Origin: Fibrobacteria bacterium
GTDB lineage: Bacteria > Fibrobacterota > Fibrobacteria > UBA11236
NCBI GenBank assembly: GCA_043745805.1
Contig: JAYTSD010000043.1
Location: 105,089-169,088, forward strand
Direction of reading: 5' to 3'
Length of the DNA stretch: 64,000 nt
Shown here: in pieces, positions 57,683 through 64,000 of the stretch
Layout of the letters: each line of letters starts with the position of its first letter
Position numbering within the stretch: the first letter of the stretch is position 1
Position numbers and translations under genes: made by a program
The notes under the pieces: model-generated
What the model was told of the DNA's origin: nothing
What the model saw: the letters and a program-made list of their open reading frames with translations, nothing else
Databases searched by the model: none

Positions 57683-58959
57683 ACTCGCGTTTAATTTATT
57701 CGGTGATTTTATTTTTCTTTGCAGGTTTATCTTGCCCATCCTTTACTTGGGGATTGGGAAAAATTTTAATCCCTATGGATTTACAACAAAACAATCACTT
57801 GAAGGCTTATGGCTTGGCCTATGCTTCTTTGGCACAAGGGTTAAAAGTAGAATGGCTATTGAATTATCGCGGAGGCAGTTTCTTTTTGGAAAGCTTACCT
57901 GCGGTGGCGCGCGAAGCGGGGCGTCGGGGCGTGCTTTTTGAGTCGTTGAATGATGCGGAGTGTGAACAAATTTATGTAGCAATTGACGCCGGAAATATGG
58001 ATAAAATCACTTTAGAAAAAGCCCCGCGTATTGCCGTATACACTCCTTTGACGAAACAACCTTGGGATGATGCCGTAACTTTAGCATTAACCTATGCCGA
58101 AATTCCTTATACCAAAATTTATGATAGCGAAATCATTGAAGGAAAATTAAAAGATTTTGATTGGCTGCATTTACATCATGAAGATTTTACCGGACAAAAC
58201 TCTAAATTTTTTGCGGCTTTTCGAGGTCAAGCTTGGTATCAATTACAAGTTACCTCCAATCAAAAAAGTGCGCAGAATTTAGGCTTTCCCAATAATGTGA
58301 TGTTAAAAAAGGCCGTGGTCTTGGCGATTCGTGACTATGTGGAAAAAGGCGGTTTTCTTTTTGCTATGTGTTTAGCCTGCAATACTTTGGATGTGGCTTT
58401 GGCGGCCACTAAAACCGATATAGTCGATATGCCTTTCGATGGAAGTCCTGTTGCTAAGAATGCGCAAAAGGCTTTGGACTTTAATTTGAGTTTAGCCTTT
58501 GAAAATTTCCACGTGGATACCGATCCCATGTCGCCTTCGCATGATGACATCGATTATAATCAAGTGAATGCGGGTCCTTTAAAACGTAGGCCTGCCAGCG
58601 ACTTTGTGCTTTTTAATTTTGCAGCAAAATACGATCCGGTGCCATCCATGTTGGTACAAAATCATACCGATGTGATTCCAGGTTTTTTAGGATTGGCCAC
58701 AACTTTTCGCAAAGCTGTTTTAAAAAAAGGCCTTACGATTTTAGCCGAATCGAATGGGCAAGAAGCGGTACGTTACATACACGGTAATTTGGGTCAGGGG
58801 CATTTTACTTATTATGGTGGCCATGATCCGGAAGACTATTCCCATGCGGTAGGAGATAGTCCCACAGATTTGAATTTGCATAAAAATTCTCCAGGTTATC
58901 GTTTGATACTGAATAATATTCTTTATCCGGCGGCCAAACAAAAAAAGCGAAAAACCTAA
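57679..58959 (+). CDS. Conserved exported protein with GATase-like domain (family often labelled 'asparagine synthetase B')
   Basis: NHLKAYG, WLLNYRGGSF, QPWDDAVT, LHLHHEDFTGQ, GHDPEDY, NSPGYRLILNN. Confidence 0.8.
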   Translation: MNSRLIYSVILFFFAGLSCPSFTWGLGKILIPMDLQQNNHLKAYGLAYASLAQGLKVEWLLNYRGGSFFLESLPAVAREAGRRGVLFESLNDAECEQIYVAIDAGNMDKITLEKAPRIAVYTPLTKQPWDDAVTLALTYAEIPYTKIYDSEIIEGKLKDFDWLHLHHEDFTGQNSKFFAAFRGQAWYQLQVTSNQKSAQNLGFPNNVMLKKAVVLAIRDYVEKGGFLFAMCLACNTLDVALAATKTDIVDMPFDGSPVAKNAQKALDFNLSLAFENFHVDTDPMSPSHDDIDYNQVNAGPLKRRPASDFVLFNFAAKYDPVPSMLVQNHTDVIPGFLGLATTFRKAVLKKGLTILAESNGQEAVRYIHGNLGQGHFTYYGGHDPEDYSHAVGDSPTDLNLHKNSPGYRLILNNILYPAAKQKKRKT

Positions 58960-58996
58960 GGTAACCTTTGAGTTACTTATTCTGAATTAAGCGATT

Positions 58997-60013
58997 GTGC
59001 AAAAAAAACTGGATTTAATCGAAGCTTTTTTTAAAACCCAAAATGATGTTTTGCAGTGGGGAATAACTTCCGCTCAACAAACACCACATGCTCAGAACTT
59101 GCAAAAATGGATTCAAGGGGAACAGCATGCTGGTTTGCAATATATGGCACAAAATTTAGAAAAGCGCATGCATCCAGAAGTATTTCAACCCTGGGCAAAA
59201 TCCATTTTAGTATTGGCCTTAGCTTATCCCAAACCTTTGCAAACGCTTGCGACTAATGGTTATCAAATAGCGGCTTATGCGCAAGGAGCGGACTATCATT
59301 ATCGCGGTAAAGAAATTTTAATGGGTTTAGAAAACGAATTAAAAAAACACTTAGGCGATTTTTCCTTTTATGCTTTTACCGATACGGCTCCAGTTTTCGA
59401 AAGAGATTTAGCCTCCGAAGCGGGTTTGGGTTGGCGAGGAAAAAATTGTTGTACTCTAGATAAAAAAAATGGCTCGGCATTTTTCCTTGCAGGTTGTTTT
59501 TTACCTTGGGAGTTACCGCATAATAATCCGGTAGCAGAGTTTTGTGGAGGCTGTACCTTATGCCTCGATCATTGCCCTACGCAAGCGTTTAGCGCGCCCG
59601 GACAATTGAATGCCAATAAATGTATTTCCTATTGGACTATTGAAGCTAAAACCTTTATTCCTGTGGAATTGAGTGAGCAATTTGGGCCATGGATTTTTGG
59701 TTGTGATATTTGTCAAGCCATATGCCCATGGAATAAAAAGCATTTAGGGGACTGTGATGCGGCGAGCATTTCCTTGAGTGGCTGCGAATGGTTAGAATTG
59801 CTTCGCAAAGGGGGCGGCTTTCAACGTCGCTTTAAGCATACGCCCTTAGCGAGAGCTGGTCGCAAAGGGCTATTGCGTAATGTAGCGATAGCAGCACGTA
59901 ACAATAATGATACTGAAACTTTAACGTTACTACAAGCGATATTACCTGAAGAAAATGAGGAATGGGTGAGAGTAGAGTTGGAAAGAACCATCCAACATCT
60001 TTGTAAGCTTTAG
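58997..60013 (+). CDS. queG: Epoxyqueuosine reductase
   Basis: YAQGADYH, DTAPVFER, GLGWRGKN, CGGCTLCLDHCP, CISYWTIE, FGCDICQAICPWN. Confidence 0.93.
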   Translation: MQKKLDLIEAFFKTQNDVLQWGITSAQQTPHAQNLQKWIQGEQHAGLQYMAQNLEKRMHPEVFQPWAKSILVLALAYPKPLQTLATNGYQIAAYAQGADYHYRGKEILMGLENELKKHLGDFSFYAFTDTAPVFERDLASEAGLGWRGKNCCTLDKKNGSAFFLAGCFLPWELPHNNPVAEFCGGCTLCLDHCPTQAFSAPGQLNANKCISYWTIEAKTFIPVELSEQFGPWIFGCDICQAICPWNKKHLGDCDAASISLSGCEWLELLRKGGGFQRRFKHTPLARAGRKGLLRNVAIAARNNNDTETLTLLQAILPEENEEWVRVELERTIQHLCKL

Positions 60014-60057
60014 TCGGCTGAATGTCAGGTTAAAGGCTATTTAGGGTTTAGGAGAAT

Positions 60058-60858
60058 TTATCTTTTGCCAGAAGGAGATTTGGCCGTTTTAGCGGCGATT
60101 GCAGGCGAAACGAATTCATATTGAATATCGAGGACGGTATCAGTGATCGCTGCAGGCATAGGCGGAAACTTTTTTATTTTGCGAAAACATTGCTGCGCCG
60201 TATTTTGAAAAATAGTATTGGGGCTTTTTTCATTCCATTTTACTTCGAGTATAGTCCCTTGATGATCGACTTTTATTTTTGCTATGGCTTTGCAAGGTAC
60301 GAGACTAGAAAATTGGCGGGGTAAATTCCAATAGGTTTCCATGGTCTTACGTACTCGAAATACCCATTGTTGTAAGGCTGCATCACGGTCACGTTTTTTG
60401 ACTAAAATCTCTAAGCGTTTTATTTCGGTTAGCGAGTCTTCTAATTGATGCGGGTTAGGAATAAGTCCATTTTCATCAAAATCCTGACGATTGATTTGGT
60501 TTCCATTTTGAAAAGTTGCAATGCTTTTTAATTTACCATTAGGTCGCCAGTAAGTGAGGGTACCTTCGGCTTTACCATTTTCTTCACTGCCTTCATACCA
60601 TTTTACGCCACTAGGATACCAAGAAGTGAAAACACCTTTTCGTTGATTATTTACATTTTGGGATGCATATTTTTTAACGCCATTATCATACCACCAAATT
60701 TCTGGCCCTTGTTTACGACCTTCTTTATCTAATTGTATGGAGTATTTATTTCTGTGATTAGGATAATAACCTTGTTGTAAATTGGCAGGAGCACTGCAAT
60801 GCATAAGCAGCCAAGCAGAAAAAAGTAAAAGCGCATAAAACCAAATATTTTGTTTCAT
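60058..60858 (-). CDS. Lipoprotein with MORN-variant repeats and TonB/TolA C-terminal domain
   Basis: LMHC lipobox; WYDNG/WYPSG/WRPNG repeats; C-terminal KVDHQGTI...FPPMP. Confidence 0.7.
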   Translation of the reverse strand: MKQNIWFYALLLFSAWLLMHCSAPANLQQGYYPNHRNKYSIQLDKEGRKQGPEIWWYDNGVKKYASQNVNNQRKGVFTSWYPSGVKWYEGSEENGKAEGTLTYWRPNGKLKSIATFQNGNQINRQDFDENGLIPNPHQLEDSLTEIKRLEILVKKRDRDAALQQWVFRVRKTMETYWNLPRQFSSLVPCKAIAKIKVDHQGTILEVKWNEKSPNTIFQNTAQQCFRKIKKFPPMPAAITDTVLDIQYEFVSPAIAAKTAKSPSGKR

Positions 60859-60876
60859 CGCTTTAAAGTAATATTC

Positions 60877-61536
60877 TTATACCGCATAGCGGCGCAAAAC
60901 ACCAATTACACGTCCTGCAATAGAAAAATCTTGAATAGAGGAGTCAATGATAATTGGGCGATAAGCATCATTCGCCGGCTCAAGTCGCACACGACCAGTT
61001 TCCGGGAAATAATATTTTACTGTGGCTTCATCGCCAATTAGGGCAACAATGACTTGGCCTTTATCGGCAACATTTTGTTGACGTGCAAATACCAAATCTC
61101 CATTGAGGATACCTGCATCCTTCATACTATCGCCTTGCACGCGTAAGGCAAAAACATTTTCTTGCCGCATAAGGAAATCGCGATCAACAACTACAGTGCC
61201 TTCCAAATTTTGCACGGCCATAATGGGTTGACCGGCTGCAACACGTCCCAAAATGGGAATTTCCATCACATTGGCATTGTGGTTGGATGTTTCACGACTA
61301 GTTTGATCTGCTTCGGGAATATCAATTCCGCGAGAAAGTTTGGGTGAGCGGGCTATATAGCCTTTTTTGACTAAAGCGCCGAGAATACTACGTACCCCAT
61401 TGGTGGAGGTGATTTCGAATTTGAGACCGATTTCTCGCAAGGTTGGCGGTCTATTAGTTTGGGAAATACGTTCTCTGATAAATTCGTAGACCTCTTGTTG
61501 GCGAGAGGTTAAAGGTTTTTTGGGTATTGTTTCCAT
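60877..61536 (-). CDS. lexA: LexA repressor (start 61536)
   Basis: [19 protein letters not shown] cleavage site, GDSM, TVK; GGAGGT RBS before ATG 61536. Confidence 0.96.
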   Translation of the reverse strand: METIPKKPLTSRQQEVYEFIRERISQTNRPPTLREIGLKFEITSTNGVRSILGALVKKGYIARSPKLSRGIDIPEADQTSRETSNHNANVMEIPILGRVAAGQPIMAVQNLEGTVVVDRDFLMRQENVFALRVQGDSMKDAGILNGDLVFARQQNVADKGQVIVALIGDEATVKYYFPETGRVRLEPANDAYRPIIIDSSIQDFSIAGRVIGVLRRYAV

Positions 61537-61559
61537 GATGACCTCCAGTTTTGATTTAA

Positions 61560-61599
61560 TATACTGCACATAAGTATAAGTGTCAAGTTGTGCAGTATA
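61560..61599. promoter_or_regulatory. lexA operator region (SOS-box candidates)
   Basis: Perfect 11-bp inverted repeat TATACTGCACA-N18-TGTGCAGTATA containing TGCAC/GTGCA half-sites. Confidence 0.7.
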
Positions 61600-61815
61600 A
61601 TTAGTTTTTATTTATTTTCGTCTATCAAGTTGAAATTTAAATGGCAAATATAGAGTTCAACTTATTTATTTTTAAGGAATTAGCGCATTAATTAGGCTTT
61701 TTAAAAGCAGTTAAATAATTATAAAGCTTTATAAATCAATGATTTATGCCATTATTTGTACAATTAATTCAATTAATTTATTGCAACCCCCCTTCGGATT
61801 TGTTAACTTAAGGCT

Positions 61816-61998
61816 GTGGTACTTCTCAATTTATTGTTGAGTTTAGGCTTTTTAATATTCATAGCCGTTGTTTTGTCCGTGATCAGTCGCATCAATTGCC
61901 TCTCACGCCAAACAGTTCGGTTATTGTCGATCATACAGAGGGCTGAAGAAGAGGAAGAAAGTCTTACTTCAGCAATTCCTACGCAAAAGAAAAGCTAA
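61816..61998 (+). CDS. Small single-pass membrane hypothetical protein
   Basis: GTG start after AAGG; N-terminal TM helix. Confidence 0.4.
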   Translation: MVLLNLLLSLGFLIFIAVVLSVISRINCLSRQTVRLLSIIQRAEEEEESLTSAIPTQKKS

Positions 61999-62129
61999 AC
62001 CCCAATAAAAAATACTTTGCTAGAGGGCTTTTTGAAAATTCGCCTCTCGAAGTAAAAATAGAGCCAAGTGTGCTGGCGAGAAGGCCATGAACAGGCACAT
62101 GTAACAATTAAGGAAAGACTCAAAATCTA

Positions 62130-62885
62130 ATGGAAACAATCATTTATCTACTCACCGCTTTAACCGGTGTATCAATCGTACTCAGTGTTCTTACACTTTT
62201 AAAAATCAAGAACATCAATTATTTACTGGAACAACCCGTCATTAAAAAGATGTCTCCAGAACTTAAATTGAAGCCAGTTAAAATTGGAGACGACGAAGAC
62301 AATAAAAAAAATCAAAATCGCAATCAAAATAACGCTCCACAAAATCGTAACAATCGCCCCGCTATGGATAAACCTGCTGAAAATAGTGCTGAACCTCGTC
62401 GTGATTTTAACAATCGCCCTGATCGCAATGAACGTTTACCCCGTAATGATCGTAATGAAGGCAGCACTGACCGTGCCCGTAATAATAATAATGATCGTTT
62501 TCGTGACCGTGATCGCAATCGCGACAATCGCAATGGTCCCGACCGTAATCGCAATCAACGCTTAGACGTTTTCTCCAATGAAAAAGAAGCGCCAGTAGAA
62601 GAAAACACTAATGGACATCGTCCCGCACTCGTAGTAGAAGCTGCACCGGCTCCCATTGTAAATCAATCGGTTTCTCCATTGCCCGCCCGTCGTCCTTTGC
62701 CTTCCGCAATTTCGCAAGAAGAAGCGAAGATTAGTATATCAGCTCCTGCCGCTCAAGAGGCCGCAATCTTTGCACAAGATGATGCCGATATTCAACATGG
62801 CCGTCGCAACCAATTGAAAAAGAAACCTGTTTTTGCAGATGTGAAAATGGAAGAAGTTGAAGCCAAAGAAGGCGCAAGCGTTTAA
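62130..62885 (+). CDS. Membrane-anchored protein with R/D/N-rich disordered region
   Basis: N-terminal TM; RNDR/RDRD repeats; followed by a terminator. Confidence 0.7.
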   Translation: METIIYLLTALTGVSIVLSVLTLLKIKNINYLLEQPVIKKMSPELKLKPVKIGDDEDNKKNQNRNQNNAPQNRNNRPAMDKPAENSAEPRRDFNNRPDRNERLPRNDRNEGSTDRARNNNNDRFRDRDRNRDNRNGPDRNRNQRLDVFSNEKEAPVEENTNGHRPALVVEAAPAPIVNQSVSPLPARRPLPSAISQEEAKISISAPAAQEAAIFAQDDADIQHGRRNQLKKKPVFADVKMEEVEAKEGASV

Positions 62886-62913
62886 TTCTTTTTTATAAAT
62901 TTTTTTAGATATG

Positions 62914-62942
62914 ATGGAGCTCGTGAGGGCTCCATTTTTTTT
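62914..62942 (+). terminator. Rho-independent terminator
   Basis: ATGGAGCTC-GTGA-GGGCTCCAT followed by a T run. Confidence 0.85.
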
Positions 62943-62949
62943 GTCCTAA

Positions 62950-63078
62950 TGGCGCAGGACGCGGTGCGGGGCTGATACAATATAGCGTGCCCCTTCGCGC
63001 GGCTGCGGGTCAGGCTGTTCAGGGCTTCGCTTTCGCTGCGGTGCTGCGCACTTTACCCTTACCATCCTTCACGCGGAA
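62950..63078. repeat. GC-rich intergenic REP/MITE-like element (single copy in this window)
   Basis: Sharp GC spike with nested short inverted repeats inside AT-rich intergenic DNA. Confidence 0.35.
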
Positions 63079-63619
63079 AGTTGCGCTAGGCATTTTTATT
63101 GAAATTAAAATGAGCAAAAAATGGGATGTTTTCCGTCGAACGGAGAGAAACGCCATTATTTGCTTAATGTGGGTGATTTTTGCCAATCAAAAAATCGTAT
63201 TTGTAATCAAAATGTATGAAGACAGATTTTTGAAAAATGTTTTAATTACATATGCACGGATGAATAAAATTATCCGTTAAAGAAATGCTGACCCAGCAAT
63301 GAATTGGAATAGATGCATGGTAACTTTGATGTTAACCATGCTTTAAGTGTTTTCTTTTATTCGAAATGCGTTTTGTAATGGTGTAAATAAAATAAAATGT
63401 GAAGTTTTTTAGGAAAATAAATAGCCGTTCAAAGATAAAGTATTTAAATTCGGTTTGCGATTAGCTGAGAGTAGGAGTAAAGTAAAATAATTATAACTAT
63501 GGTTCGGAGATGGGAAATTATTAACTTAAGTTTGGATTCTTAAGCCGCATGAGCGAAAAAGAATAAAACGTTTCGAATAAAAGTATTAGAGTTTGGTTTT
63601 TAAAAATTAAGGAGTGATT

Positions 63620-64000
63620 ATGGAAAATCATTATGTTGAATATGTTTTTGGATTGGCCTGTTTGATTGTATTGGCAGGGAGTGCTGTTTCGGCTCAGTCG
63701 CAAACGGTTGTAAATGATCCTTCATCTTCACAAGAAGCCACCTCACCTGATACGCTTACACCAAAGCGACAAAAGAAAAATCACGACGAATTGCAAAAAA
63801 TGCTTTTGGTGGATTCACTGTCTTGGCTTAAAGCCAATGCCACTCGCTCCGCTGACACCAAGGATGCTGAGGTTACAAGCGTTTATAATCAAAGACGAGT
63901 CGCTAGGCTTAAAGGCTTTTGCAATGATAAGCGCTTTGCTTCTTTAAGCGAAGTTGATTTACTCACCGAAATGACTTCGGAAGAGCGCGGGTTTTGCAAA
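63620..64000 (+). CDS. Exported hypothetical protein, truncated by window end
   Basis: AAGGAG RBS; MENHYVEYVFGLACLIVLAGSAVSAQ signal; 127 codons without a stop. Confidence 0.65.
   Translation, partial: MENHYVEYVFGLACLIVLAGSAVSAQSQTVVNDPSSSQEATSPDTLTPKRQKKNHDELQKMLLVDSLSWLKANATRSADTKDAEVTSVYNQRRVARLKGFCNDKRFASLSEVDLLTEMTSEERGFCK

Noticed and set aside
57679-58959. Assigning asnB
   Set aside because: Lacks the N-terminal Cys Ntn-amidotransferase and SGGLDS synthetase motifs; has a signal peptide
61537-61569. Longer lexA N-terminus from the ORF track
   Set aside because: Overlaps the RBS and operator; GGAGGT precedes ATG 61536
62987-63280. 97-aa ORF
   Set aside because: Begins within the GC-rich element and runs into AT-rich intergenic DNA; no protein features
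63714-63947. 77-aa ORF in the track
   Set aside because: Out-of-frame shadow of the better-supported ORF starting at 63620
1-64000. tRNA, rRNA, CRISPR array, transposase or integrase
   Set aside because: None recognisable by eye

Overview
Bacterial chromosomal window, mostly AT-rich. It is possibly Fibrobacterota-like; this is an inference from a TGCAC/GTGCA-type lexA operator, a PorV/PorQ-like gene and a T9SS-CTD/FlgD-like domain. The centrepiece (8065-41682, + strand, about 33.6 kb) is an apparently complete Afp/PVC-type contractile injection system (eCIS). It encodes sheath, tube, cap (DUF4255), AAA+ ATPase, tube initiator, split hub/spike, PAAR-like tip, gp25, two baseplate-J proteins, a P2-gpI-like protein and a DUF6519 beta-helix fibre. 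Three tandem DUF4157 polymorphic effectors follow. They share a Cys-rich N-terminal leader but carry different C-terminal domains: AHH/HNH, Tox-REase-5-like and an unassigned nuclease-like domain. Three things are unusual. No immunity or lysis genes are visible. The sheath is enlarged. The second baseplate-J protein carries a ~280-aa Ala-rich, near-symmetric helical hairpin with a hydrophobic tip, a candidate membrane anchor. Left flank: two secreted phosphatase-like genes and a Fur-box-preceded porin/imelysin/di-heme iron-uptake operon. Right flank: a HAD-Nudix/folB/SDR plus sugar-ABC operon ending in a 29-aa membrane ORF missing from the ORF track, a PorV-like gene, two STAS proteins (one probably starting at ATC), glycosyltransferases, an amidohydrolase-to-queG run, lexA with its operator, and a GC-rich REP-like element. 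All domain calls come from motif recognition by eye; no searches were run.
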